This document shows, in pieces, positions 9,094 to 17,899 of a DNA stretch of 41,802 bases. The stretch's first letter is position 1. The number at the start of each line of letters is the position of its first letter. Both the position numbers and the translations under genes were made by a program. The stretch covers positions 1 through 41,802 of the forward strand of contig RECL01000165.1 in the NCBI GenBank assembly GCA_007694025.1, read 5' to 3'. Source of the DNA: Spirochaetaceae bacterium. Lineage in GTDB: Bacteria > Spirochaetota > Spirochaetia > DSM-27196 > SLST01. The notes beneath the pieces were generated by a model. It did no database searches. It worked only from the letters and a program-made list of their open reading frames with translations, and was not told where the DNA came from.

Positions 9094-9333
9094 ATGAGAA
9101 CCACGCTCGACATCGACGACGACGTGCTCAGGATCGCACGGCGGGTTTCCGCCGCGACGCAACGGCCGATCGGAAAAGTCATCTCCGATCTCGCGGCTCG
9201 CGGTCTTGCCGCACGGGGAACGCTGGAGGAGAAGGACGGGATTCCTGTGTTTTCCGTCGCCGAGTCCGCACCGACCTTTGGTCCCGATCAGGTCCACGCG
9301 GCACTGGACGAGGCCGATGACCTACCTCGCTGA
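9094..9333 (+). CDS. vapB: Type II antitoxin, VapB-like
   Basis: 79 aa. N-terminus MRTTLDIDDDVL typical of VapB-type antitoxins. Overlaps the downstream PIN toxin gene by 17 nt. Confidence 0.75.
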   Translation: MRTTLDIDDDVLRIARRVSAATQRPIGKVISDLAARGLAARGTLEEKDGIPVFSVAESAPTFGPDQVHAALDEADDLPR

Positions 9334-9751
9334 CGTCAACGTCATGATCGCGCTTTCGTGGCCAAACCACGTTCACCACGCCGTGGCGAGCGCCTGGTTT
9401 CGGTCCCTCGCGGGAGACCGATTCGCAACCTGTCCGCTGACCGAAGTAGCATTCGTCCGGCTGTCGATGAACCCCGCGGTGGTCGGGTATGTCATGCCGT
9501 ATGAGACCATAACTCAGGCACTGGAGATGTATCGAACGCACCCGAAGCACGACTTCTGGCCCGATCGAGCGGACTTTCTGTCGGCGACGCGCGGGTGCCG
9601 GCTGTCGGGACACCGCCAGGTGACCGACGCGTATCTGATCGGGCTTGCGACCTCAAGACGCGGCGCCCTCGTGACCTTCGACGCAGCGGTGCGGTCGCTG
9701 ATCGCTGCGTTGCCGAACGGCGAGCCGTCGTCGGTGGTCGTCTTGGAGTAG
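9317..9751 (+). CDS. vapC: Type II toxin, PIN-domain ribonuclease VapC
   Basis: Internal ATG at 9317 of ORF 9206..9751 gives 144 aa starting MTYLADVNVMIAL (first acidic PIN residue). Later TEVAFVRL and VTDAYLIGLA motifs are present. The start overlaps vapB. Confidence 0.8.
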   Translation: MTYLADVNVMIALSWPNHVHHAVASAWFRSLAGDRFATCPLTEVAFVRLSMNPAVVGYVMPYETITQALEMYRTHPKHDFWPDRADFLSATRGCRLSGHRQVTDAYLIGLATSRRGALVTFDAAVRSLIAALPNGEPSSVVVLE

Positions 9752-9753
9752 GT

Positions 9754-10563
9754 TCACATCCGCGTCCCGATCAGGTTGCCGCTCTCGTACTTGCGCAGAC
9801 CCCGTCGGAACAACAGTACTGAAACCAGCACGATCAGCGCGTCGGCGGCGATCACGATCGCGAGAAGGCGTGCATCGAAGGCGCGGAAGATCCGCGCGGG
9901 GATGTACGCGACGAACGCGGCCGGGATCAGCGTGTGGAGGACCCACGCGGTCGGACCGCGGAAAACGGAGCCGGGGTAGAGCGTGAACGTGAGCAGTAAC
10001 TCGCCTGAGAGCCCCGCGAACCCTTCGGCGTTCCCGAAGGAGAAGCTCGCCGAGTGGTACGCGACGCGTACCGACACGAGCACGATCCCGAGCAACAGCG
10101 AGAAGAGCGCGAAGAGCCCCACGTTCGCGAGCGACAGCGGTTGCGTCGCGAAGAAGAGGATGATCCCGTACGCGAAGTCGCCCCAGCCCGCGACCATCGT
10201 GCGGCTCATCAGCACGTTCGGCAGGACCGGTTTCGGCTGCAGCAGGTAGACATCGAGCTCGCCCGAGTAGATGATTCGCGACAGGAACATCGCGTTACCG
10301 CAGAGAACGACGCCCAGCCCGAACCCGGTTGCCGCGAGCGACCAGAGGAACATCACGTCGGCGAGCGCGTACCCGGCGATGTCTCCGCCGATCCGCTCGA
10401 AGAGCACCATCCAGAAGATGATGAACGCGCTGTTGTTGAGCGCCATGCCCACAACCTGGATCACGAAGCTCGTCGAGTACGCCATGCTCGCGCTGAGGTT
10501 GAACCTGAAGTAGTGCGCTGCAAGCCGCAGCATCCCGCCGCGACGGCGGTTTGATCGATCCAT
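9754..10563 (-). CDS. ABC-2 type transporter permease (COG3694/DUF990-like)
   Basis: Start trimmed to ATG 10563 (MDRSNRRRGGMLRLAAHYFRF...), 1 nt after the stop of the upstream permease. About 6 TM helices. Third gene of the ATPase/permease/permease unit. Confidence 0.75.
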   Translation of the reverse strand: MDRSNRRRGGMLRLAAHYFRFNLSASMAYSTSFVIQVVGMALNNSAFIIFWMVLFERIGGDIAGYALADVMFLWSLAATGFGLGVVLCGNAMFLSRIIYSGELDVYLLQPKPVLPNVLMSRTMVAGWGDFAYGIILFFATQPLSLANVGLFALFSLLLGIVLVSVRVAYHSASFSFGNAEGFAGLSGELLLTFTLYPGSVFRGPTAWVLHTLIPAAFVAYIPARIFRAFDARLLAIVIAADALIVLVSVLLFRRGLRKYESGNLIGTRM

Positions 10564-10564
10564 G

Positions 10565-11380
10565 TCAGCCTCCCTGCACGTGCAGCTTTCGCACTGCGGA
10601 GCGGAATACTCCCGCGGCGAGCGCGAGGAGCGCCACCGCGTACACAAACTGCCCGACTATCGTCGTCATCGCGCGGTCGAAGGAGAAGTCGACCCACGTG
10701 CTCGCCGGCCAGTACGCGACGAACGCGAACGGCGACCATCGCGCCACGTTCGCCAGCCACTCCGGGTAGAAGTCGAGCGGGATGAACATCCCGCCGATCA
10801 CGAAGACCAGTTTCTGGATGATCCACCAGAACGGCGATACTTCCTCGAACCAGAACGCGAGCAGCCCGATGATCGTCTGGACGGTGGTCCCGATCAGCAC
10901 GCCCATCACGATCGCGACCAGCCCCACCGGCAGCGCGGTGAGGTAGCCGGGAAGCGGGCCGACGAAGAGCGTCGCGACGACGAAGCCGGTCAGAAGCATC
11001 GGCGCGATCTTCACGATGTTCTCACCCATCGATCGGCTGATCCAGTAGAGCACGTACGAGTAGGGGCGACAGAGCGAGTACGCGATCGTACCGTCTTTCA
11101 CCTCGGCGGAGATTGGCATGAAGACCCGGGTCTGGCTGAGCTCGATCGTTTCTGTGAACGTCAGGTACCAGAGCACCTGCACCATCGTGAACCCCGCGAT
11201 CGTCGTCGCACCGGACGCGGCGACTCCGTCGGGCGCGCCGCCATAGATCACCCGCCACAGGGAATAGAAGACGAAGAGGATGATCACGAAGAAGACGTTT
11301 CGCATCAGAAACGACGCGATGTAGACGACCTGGTCGCGCGCCGCGATCGCGAACACCGTCGCGTACTTGCGCGCGCTCAT
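10565..11380 (-). CDS. ABC-2 type transporter permease (COG4587-like)
   Basis: Start trimmed to ATG 11380 (MSARKYATVFAIAARDQ...), forming an ATGA overlap with the ATPase stop at 11377-11379. Multi-TM protein. Confidence 0.75.
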   Translation of the reverse strand: MSARKYATVFAIAARDQVVYIASFLMRNVFFVIILFVFYSLWRVIYGGAPDGVAASGATTIAGFTMVQVLWYLTFTETIELSQTRVFMPISAEVKDGTIAYSLCRPYSYVLYWISRSMGENIVKIAPMLLTGFVVATLFVGPLPGYLTALPVGLVAIVMGVLIGTTVQTIIGLLAFWFEEVSPFWWIIQKLVFVIGGMFIPLDFYPEWLANVARWSPFAFVAYWPASTWVDFSFDRAMTTIVGQFVYAVALLALAAGVFRSAVRKLHVQGG

Positions 11381-12393
11381 GACTCGACCTCCGCGGGTTC
11401 CGGCGGGGCGGGGCGGCCGGTACGCTCGTAGATGTGCGTGATCACCTCCTCCATCGGCGCCGATGAGATCGTGATGTCCTGGATGCTCGACTGGCGCAGA
11501 AGCTCCGAGATCACGCGCTCGGCCGACGATACGCCCAGGTCGACCTCGATCTTCATCGAGTAGTCGCGCTGCTTCAGGACCGTGACCCCGGGCAGCGATA
11601 CAGTCGCCGGCCCGTCCATCTTGACCTCGACGATCCGCCGGTTCAGGAACGAGTACTTCATCTCCTTGACCGTGCCGTCCCAGACGATCGACCCGTGGTT
11701 GATCACGATCGCGCGGCGGCAGATCTTTTCGATGTCCCCAGCGTCGTGCGAGGTCAGGAAGACCGTGACGCGCTCTTCGGCGTTGATCCGCGCGATCAGG
11801 TCGCGGATGCGCTGCTTGACCACGACGTCCAGGCCGATGCTCGGCTCGTCGAGGAAGAGCACGCGTGGGCTGTGGATCAGCGACCCGGCGATCTCGCACC
11901 GGATCCGCTGGCCGAGCGACAGCTTGCGGACCGGCTGATCGATGAACTCGCCGATCTCGAACACCTCGGTCAGGAAGTCGATGCGCTTCACGGTCTCCGC
12001 GGTCGACAGGTCGTAGATCGTCCCAAGGAGCCGGAACGAGTCGGCCGGCGGCAGATGAAACCAGAGCTGGCTCTTCTGCCCGAACACGGTGCCGATCCGG
12101 TACGCGAGCGCCTTCCGCTGCCTATGCGGGTCCATCCCCATCACGCGTACGGTTCCGGCGTCGGGGTAGAGGATCCCGGTGATGAGCTTGATCGTGGTAG
12201 ACTTTCCCGCGCCGTTCGGACCGATGAACGCGACGACCTCACCGGGCTCGATCGCGAAATCGATCCCGCGCACCGCGTCGATCGTCCGCCGCTCGGGCCG
12301 GACGAGTCCCGCGATGCTCGCGGCAAGCCCGTGCTGCTTGACCCGCATCGTGAAGCTCTTGGTCAGGTGTTCGACGTGAACGATCGGTTCCAT
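11377..12393 (-). CDS. ABC transporter ATP-binding protein (COG4586-like)
   Basis: Start trimmed to ATG 12393 (MEPIVHVEHLTKSF), preceded by GAGGAGGAG SD at 12405-12397. Walker A GPNGAGKST, signature LSLGQR, Walker B VLFLDEPSIGLD. Confidence 0.9.
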   Translation of the reverse strand: MEPIVHVEHLTKSFTMRVKQHGLAASIAGLVRPERRTIDAVRGIDFAIEPGEVVAFIGPNGAGKSTTIKLITGILYPDAGTVRVMGMDPHRQRKALAYRIGTVFGQKSQLWFHLPPADSFRLLGTIYDLSTAETVKRIDFLTEVFEIGEFIDQPVRKLSLGQRIRCEIAGSLIHSPRVLFLDEPSIGLDVVVKQRIRDLIARINAEERVTVFLTSHDAGDIEKICRRAIVINHGSIVWDGTVKEMKYSFLNRRIVEVKMDGPATVSLPGVTVLKQRDYSMKIEVDLGVSSAERVISELLRQSSIQDITISSAPMEEVITHIYERTGRPAPPEPAEVES

Positions 12394-12455
12394 CTGCTCC
12401 TCCTCGCGACGTTCTTCGCGTCTGAGCGGCGGGCGGTTACGATCGCCGGCGGAGC

Positions 12456-12487
12456 AAAAAAAAGCCCGCGGGCGATCTCCCGCGGGC
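12456..12487 (-). terminator. Rho-independent terminator inside the 5' leader of the ABC-2 operon
   Basis: Minus strand reads GCCCGCGGG-AGAUCG-CCCGCGGGC followed by U8. This is a 9-bp all-GC stem (12464-12472 / 12479-12487), a 6-nt loop and a T-run at 12463-12456. It lies 62 nt upstream of ATG 12393. Confidence 0.75.
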
Positions 12488-12506
12488 GTCACTGCAGACA
12501 GTGGAC

Positions 12507-12581
12507 CTACCCCCGGGACACACCACAAATGACAGTAACGACGAGTAGCTGCCACTTGGAGGTCATCCGCGGAGCGGTCAT
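12507..12581 (-). CDS. Candidate leaderless sORF / leader peptide (24 aa: [24 protein letters not shown])
   Basis: ATG 12581 lies 5 nt downstream of TAGAAA (12592-12587). An upstream TG and TTGACG (12615-12610) at 17-nt spacing complete the promoter. TAG stop at 12509-12507 is immediately followed by hairpin 12506-12488 and the terminator. Many A/T-ending codons (CTA, GTT, ACT, ATT, TGT, GGT) are atypical for this genome. Too short for the ORF track; no homology evidence. Confidence 0.3.
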   Translation of the reverse strand: MTAPRMTSKWQLLVVTVICGVSRG

Positions 12582-12586
12582 GTGGT

Positions 12587-12644
12587 TTTCTACCACTGCG
12601 ATGAGTTCCCGTCAAGTGACACGACTGGTCTTTTCCGCGATAAT
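12587..12644. promoter_or_regulatory. Back-to-back divergent promoters: minus TTGACG(12615-12610)-N17-TAGAAA(12592-12587); plus GTGACA(12616-12621)-N17-GATAAT(12639-12644)
   Basis: Hexamers read from the sequence. The two -35 elements abut. The plus promoter is followed by AAGGAG SD (12651-12656) and the MCP ATG at 12666. Confidence 0.45.
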
Positions 12645-12665
12645 TCGTACAAGGAGACCTGCACG

Positions 12666-14348
12666 ATGAAGCTAAACGACGTATACCGGGATTCCGGAGT
12701 GGTGGTACGGACCAGGGCGCCCCAGGTAATGAGCGTCCTTGTGCTAATTCTGGCGATCATGCCGGTGATTATTGTCTCAGAGATCCTCCAGGGCGACTAC
12801 CTGGATGCAGCGATCCAGAGTGCGGTTATAGTCGTGATGGCGGTATCGATCGTACTGCTACGTAGGGGTCGATTCAGGTTCGCAAGCCTTGCGCCGCTGG
12901 TCGTATCCACTCTCGTCGTCGTCGCGCTTGCGTTCATCGTTGACCCGAATCAGCCGCAGGCGGTCTACACCGTCGGATTCTACATGACGGCTCCGCTCTT
13001 CCTGTCGATCGTCGTCGCGGACAGCGAGTGGTATCCGATTGCGAGCGCCGCCGTTGGGATCGTGACGGTTGTCGCGGTCAGTCTCGCGATTATCGGGCCG
13101 GCTGTAGCGAGTACGAGCGGCGAAGGAATTGTCCAGCCGCTTGCGGTGACCGTCGCGATAACGGTGCTCAATGGTGCGTTCGCATTTCTGCTCGCCCGTT
13201 CCGGGCGTACATCGCTTGAGCGCATCGATGCAACGACCAAAGAAGCGATCGCGACGCTCGACCGGATCGGCAGGGTGAACCGCGATGCCCGCGGCAGCGC
13301 GAGCGCGGCCGCAGCCATCGGAGACGACTACCAGCAGGTCGAGATTAACCTCTCGCAGATCGAGCAGCAGATGACCGAGCTGCGGGAAACCGCTCGGCAA
13401 CTGATGGAGAATGTGGGGCGCGCGCTCGATTCGGTCCGGTCCACCGCAGATCGAGTCGTCGGCTTCCACGCGCAGGTCGACGAGCAGAACACTGTTGTGC
13501 AGGAGTCGACCGCCTCCGTGAATGAGATGTCTGCGTCTCTCGACTCGGTTGCTCAGATCACCGCGGCCAAGCGTGAGGCGAGCGATGCGCTGCTTGGCGT
13601 CGTCGATGCAGGGCTGAAGGCTCTTGAGCAGACAAATGCGTCCTTCACCGAAGTCAGCAAGGAGATGACGTCGCTCCTCGAGATAAACGCGATCATCGGC
13701 GACATCGCCGCGCAGACGAACTTGCTGTCGATGAACGCCGCGATCGAGGCGGCACACGCCGGTGACAGCGGCAGAGGGTTCGCTGTAGTCGCCGATGAGA
13801 TCAGAAAGCTCGCGAGTTCTACAGCCGAAAACTCGCGGGTGATATCTGAGAACCTGAAGAAGATCAAGACATCGATCGATGCAACCGGTACGCACGCGTC
13901 GCAGACGACCGACGCGATGGGGAAGATCTCGAACGAGGTGCGGGAAGTGTCCGCCGCGTTCGAGGAGATCACCGGATCGACCGCGGAGCTTTCGCAGGGC
14001 GGTCGGGAGATCATGAACGCGATGCAGGTCTTGCAGAACTCGTCGGTCGCGGTGCGCGACGGATCGGATCAGATCGCTCGCGACCAGGAGACTGCGCGCT
14101 CGGAGATGGACCGAGTCGGTGCGATCGTCACCGATATCGAGCGCTCGACCAGCCAGGTTGGCACCGCCCTGTCGTCGATAGCCGCGTCGATGAAGCACCT
14201 GCGCGCGACGATAGACCGGTCGACCGAGCAGTCGGAGCAACTTCGACGGTCGATGGACGAATTGCTCGCCGCAGACACTGCCCCGGCGACGCGTGCAACC
14301 GTTGACCCGACCCCTGCGGCAGCGGCCGCTGCAGCCATCTCACCGTGA
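12666..14348 (+). CDS. Methyl-accepting chemotaxis protein with multi-TM N-terminal sensor region
   Basis: Start trimmed to ATG 12666 behind AAGGAG. About 6 N-terminal TM helices. Conserved MA hairpin-tip motif [34 protein letters not shown]. Confidence 0.9.
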   Translation: MKLNDVYRDSGVVVRTRAPQVMSVLVLILAIMPVIIVSEILQGDYLDAAIQSAVIVVMAVSIVLLRRGRFRFASLAPLVVSTLVVVALAFIVDPNQPQAVYTVGFYMTAPLFLSIVVADSEWYPIASAAVGIVTVVAVSLAIIGPAVASTSGEGIVQPLAVTVAITVLNGAFAFLLARSGRTSLERIDATTKEAIATLDRIGRVNRDARGSASAAAAIGDDYQQVEINLSQIEQQMTELRETARQLMENVGRALDSVRSTADRVVGFHAQVDEQNTVVQESTASVNEMSASLDSVAQITAAKREASDALLGVVDAGLKALEQTNASFTEVSKEMTSLLEINAIIGDIAAQTNLLSMNAAIEAAHAGDSGRGFAVVADEIRKLASSTAENSRVISENLKKIKTSIDATGTHASQTTDAMGKISNEVREVSAAFEEITGSTAELSQGGREIMNAMQVLQNSSVAVRDGSDQIARDQETARSEMDRVGAIVTDIERSTSQVGTALSSIAASMKHLRATIDRSTEQSEQLRRSMDELLAADTAPATRATVDPTPAAAAAAAISP

Positions 14349-16388
14349 CACTGACGGCGCATCGGCGCCGTCGACGCACTCCGGAATCCTGATCGTGAAG
14401 CGGGTCCCGCCACCGTTGATGTCGGATCGGACGACGACTGTGCCGGAGAGCTTTTCCTCCACCAGGGTCTTGACGATCGACAGTCCAAGTCCCGAACCGC
14501 CACGCTCTTCAGCGCTTGTGTAGAAGCGGTCGAACACTCTCGGCAGCACGTCCGGTGGTATCCCGGCCCCGTCGTCGGAGACTACGATGCACAGCGAGCG
14601 GTTCGAGGACCCGGCTGTGACTCCGCCGGGGGCCTCTATACCGGCAGTGACGCACACCCGTCCTGATCGATCTCGAAGCCCGTGCTCGACCGCGTTGCGG
14701 ACCAGGTTCGTGATGATCTGCGTAAGGAAGCCCGGGACTGTCCGGAAGCCCAGACCGGCCGGCACCTCCCACGTCAGTTCGTGTTCCGATCGCTTGTACC
14801 GCAGAACGAGCGGCCTCAGCACACGCGCGATGTACGCGTCGACGTCCAGGATCTCTGCTGCCAACGTCGCCTGTTCCTTTGCAGTTTGCCGGACCGCGTG
14901 AACAAGCGTTCGGGCGTGGATCGCGCTCTCTTCCAGCAGCGTGCCCGCGTCTGCGATCGCGTCGGAGTCGGCCTTCCGGACAGCAGCGTCGTCCGCCATC
15001 CGTGTGCGCGCCCTCAGGTCGGAGCCGATCAGTAGCGCTGTCCCAAGCGGTGTCTCAAGCTCGTGCGCGATATCGGCAACAAGGTTGGCGAGGTCTGCGG
15101 CTCGCGCCGCGTCGACTATCTGTCCGCGAACCGCCTCGATCTCGAGCTCCGCAACCCGTCTGCGGTCACGGTCGCCCATCCGCGCCGCTTCCGTCCGACG
15201 CAGGATCGTCGCAGCGATCATGCTACTCTGTACGATGAACGCGATCGTCAGGACGAGCGAGGTGTCGGCGAAACCGTCGGGTGCGGCGATTCGACCCAGG
15301 TTTACAAGCGTCTGGACACCACCTGCAAGGAGCAGCGTGCCCCACGCGATGAGTACCGGCATTGACGCCGGGAACCGCAGTACCGCGCACGCGACCAGCA
15401 GTACGAGCGTGACAGGATAGATCACGATCAATCCGATTGACGCGATCTGAAAACCGGTCACCACGGGAAACACGAGAACCGCGGCTACGGCGCCGCCGAT
15501 CGCGCAGGTCATCGTGTTCGTTGCCGCAAGGATGATCCGGTGTCGCCGGTCAAGCTCCATGAGAAACCTGAAGAGCTGCAGGCTGAGTCCGAACGTGAGG
15601 AGCGACCCGATCCGGCCAACCACGGACGTGACGCCGGGGGCAGCTCGCCAGAGGACGAGCGGCCCAAGGCCCGTGCCGTACGTGATGAGGATCGACAGAA
15701 CGATCGCGAGTGCGAAATAGATGATGAACTCGGGTCGCTTCCCGGATGAGAGCGCGACGAACGCGTACACGACAACCATGACCGCGAATCCGACGCCGAT
15801 GCCCTGAAGCAGACCCACCGATCGTGAGCGCTCCAGGAGGCGAGCGCCACCGAGCAGGGAGAAGCGCGGGTTTAGTGATGATGTCGACTCCATCCTGATG
15901 TAGACGATCGTCTCTCTGTCCCTGGCCAAGTTCAGCGGTACCGCGGAGAACGACACGCTGCGGGTGAACCAGCTCTCGTCGGGGCGGACCATCCATCCGC
16001 TCGATCCGACACGCAACACTCCGCGTCCGACCGCGCCCCCGAGGTCGGTCCCGTCTGCCGACCCGATGAAGACATCGAACCTGTCGATTCCGTGGAACTC
16101 GCCGAGCGTGACGATCGGGTTCGTCGACTCGTTGCGGACCCTCATGCGTAGCCAGATTGCGTCGCGAGTGTAGCCGAACGCAAGAGGAGCGGGGGCCGGC
16201 TGCCACTCCTCTTCATGGAGCTTCACGACCGTCGCGATGTCCAGCCCCCCGTCCGGATCCCGCACAAACTCCAGTGAATCCGGTGCGACGCGAACTTCAT
16301 CATGGTCCGACCGAACGATGAGAGCGCCACCGGTTGACGCGAGCCAGGACAGGCCGGCCAACACCAGCCCCACGCGCAGCCAGCGCAT
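14340..16388 (-). CDS. 7TMR-DISM sensor histidine kinase
   Basis: Start trimmed to ATG 16388 ([12 protein letters not shown]...), a 1-nt TGATG overlap with the upstream RR stop. Periplasmic DISMED2-like domain ([18 protein letters not shown]) and 7 TM helices. H-box [17 protein letters not shown]-box [13 protein letters not shown]1 DDGAGIP, G2 [10 protein letters not shown]. Confidence 0.85.
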   Translation of the reverse strand: MRWLRVGLVLAGLSWLASTGGALIVRSDHDEVRVAPDSLEFVRDPDGGLDIATVVKLHEEEWQPAPAPLAFGYTRDAIWLRMRVRNESTNPIVTLGEFHGIDRFDVFIGSADGTDLGGAVGRGVLRVGSSGWMVRPDESWFTRSVSFSAVPLNLARDRETIVYIRMESTSSLNPRFSLLGGARLLERSRSVGLLQGIGVGFAVMVVVYAFVALSSGKRPEFIIYFALAIVLSILITYGTGLGPLVLWRAAPGVTSVVGRIGSLLTFGLSLQLFRFLMELDRRHRIILAATNTMTCAIGGAVAAVLVFPVVTGFQIASIGLIVIYPVTLVLLVACAVLRFPASMPVLIAWGTLLLAGGVQTLVNLGRIAAPDGFADTSLVLTIAFIVQSSMIAATILRRTEAARMGDRDRRRVAELEIEAVRGQIVDAARAADLANLVADIAHELETPLGTALLIGSDLRARTRMADDAAVRKADSDAIADAGTLLEESAIHARTLVHAVRQTAKEQATLAAEILDVDAYIARVLRPLVLRYKRSEHELTWEVPAGLGFRTVPGFLTQIITNLVRNAVEHGLRDRSGRVCVTAGIEAPGGVTAGSSNRSLCIVVSDDGAGIPPDVLPRVFDRFYTSAEERGGSGLGLSIVKTLVEEKLSGTVVVRSDINGGGTRFTIRIPECVDGADAPSVSR

Positions 16389-17899
16389 CAGTCGGGTAGC
16401 CTTGCAAGGATCTCTGTGACTTCGCCGCGCAGCCGGGCAAACTGTTCGGTAAGCCCGGGGTCGAAATCTGACCCTCCGCGCTCTATGATGTGCAGAAACG
16501 CGTCGCTGACGTCCCAGGCCCGCTCGTAGACACGCGCATGGGTCAGCGAGTCGAAGACGTCGGCTATCGCGGTCATTCGCGCCTCGATCGGTATCGATTC
16601 CCCGATCAGCCGATCCGGATAGCCGCTTCCGTTCCATCGCTCGTGGTGAGACCTCGCGATCACGGCGGCCAGCCGCATCACGTCGTCGTTGATACTGCTC
16701 AGCAAATCGTGTCCGAACACCGTGTGATCCCGCATCACGGTCAACTCTTCGGGAGAGAGAGAGCCAGGTTTGGTCAGGATACGATCGGGCACGCCGACCT
16801 TTCCGACGTCATGAAGCGATGACGCAAGTCGTCTGCTCTCCACAACCTCGGGAGGTTCACCGTTGCACTCACTGAGCAAACCGACGATCCGCCCGACCCG
16901 CCGGACGTGGTTTCCGGTGTCGCCCGATCTGCGTTCCACCAGTTCACCGAGCAGGTAGGCGGTCTCGCGCTGCGACTGACTGCGAATCAGCGTCATCGAC
17001 AGGCTGTCGTACGCGATCGAAATGCTGCTCGCGAGTGTGGCGAGTAGCGGTCGGCTGGTTTCATCCACCTGGCTGGGCAGCGCTGCGTACAGGACGACGC
17101 GTTGACCGGTGCGATCCAGCGTCATCACGAATCGTTCGTCTCGGATCACCGGGCATTGGGCGGACCGGCTCTCTTCGGCAATCTCTGCTATGCGACGGGT
17201 CATATCATCAGGACGTTCTTCGGCCAGTGATCGGAACGCGCCCGTGTACGCGATAGCCGAACCGATCCCATCGCGTTCCTGAATGGCGATCCCATCGACT
17301 TGGCCTCCGGTGCCGAGTAGACGCCCGATCTGGCGGATCGCCACGGCTGCGAAGTCGGCAAGCGAACGAGTCTTCCAGAACTCTGCTGTAGCCGTTGCAA
17401 TAGTCTCAAAGCCGTGGATGCCCTGCTCGATCCTGACAATGTCCTGGTAGCCACGGAGCGCGACGATCACCGCGGTTATCAGACGTGTGCCGGTGAGCTC
17501 GGTTTTCTCCTTGTAGTCGTTGATCTCGTACTGCTGAATGATCTCATCTTCGGGAGCTCGTCCAGGCTGGCCGGTACGAAGGATGATCCGCATCGCACGA
17601 TTGCCAAGGTCGTTTCGGATCCACCGAACCAGCTGAAGCCCCGCGTCATCGCTTTCCATGACAACATCGACGATCGCAACGGCTATGTCTGCGTGCCGGA
17701 CGCACGCGTGCCTGGCGTCTTGCGCGCTTCGCGCCGAGATCATCTCGACGGCGCGGCCGTCGTGCGTGAAGCCGTTCAGGATCATCGCGGTCACCCGATG
17801 AACTATCTCTTCATCATCGACGACGAGTACGCGCCACGCGTCGACCGAACCGCTCGTTCCGGCCGGCGTGTTCTTTTTGACCGGAGGATGCTCCGTCAT
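16388..17899 (-). CDS. Response regulator: REC + GAF-like (DUF3369-type) + HD-GYP phosphodiesterase domain
   Basis: 503 aa. REC motifs VVDDEE, IVDVVME, LRTGQPG, NDYKEK. HD-GYP motifs HDVGKVGVPD and HHERWNGSGYP. ATGA overlap with the upstream gene stop (17896-17899). Confidence 0.9.
   Translation of the reverse strand: MTEHPPVKKNTPAGTSGSVDAWRVLVVDDEEIVHRVTAMILNGFTHDGRAVEMISARSAQDARHACVRHADIAVAIVDVVMESDDAGLQLVRWIRNDLGNRAMRIILRTGQPGRAPEDEIIQQYEINDYKEKTELTGTRLITAVIVALRGYQDIVRIEQGIHGFETIATATAEFWKTRSLADFAAVAIRQIGRLLGTGGQVDGIAIQERDGIGSAIAYTGAFRSLAEERPDDMTRRIAEIAEESRSAQCPVIRDERFVMTLDRTGQRVVLYAALPSQVDETSRPLLATLASSISIAYDSLSMTLIRSQSQRETAYLLGELVERRSGDTGNHVRRVGRIVGLLSECNGEPPEVVESRRLASSLHDVGKVGVPDRILTKPGSLSPEELTVMRDHTVFGHDLLSSINDDVMRLAAVIARSHHERWNGSGYPDRLIGESIPIEARMTAIADVFDSLTHARVYERAWDVSDAFLHIIERGGSDFDPGLTEQFARLRGEVTEILARLPD

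Noticed and set aside
12488-12581. Assigning the ABC-operon leader to a known riboswitch or RNA class (c-di-GMP-I/II, guanidine, ZTP, preQ1, fluoride, SRP/4.5S RNA were considered)
   Set aside because: I could not recognise the conserved cores of any of these classes by eye. Without a covariance-model search a class call would be invention, so the region is reported only as an unclassified leader/attenuator candidate.
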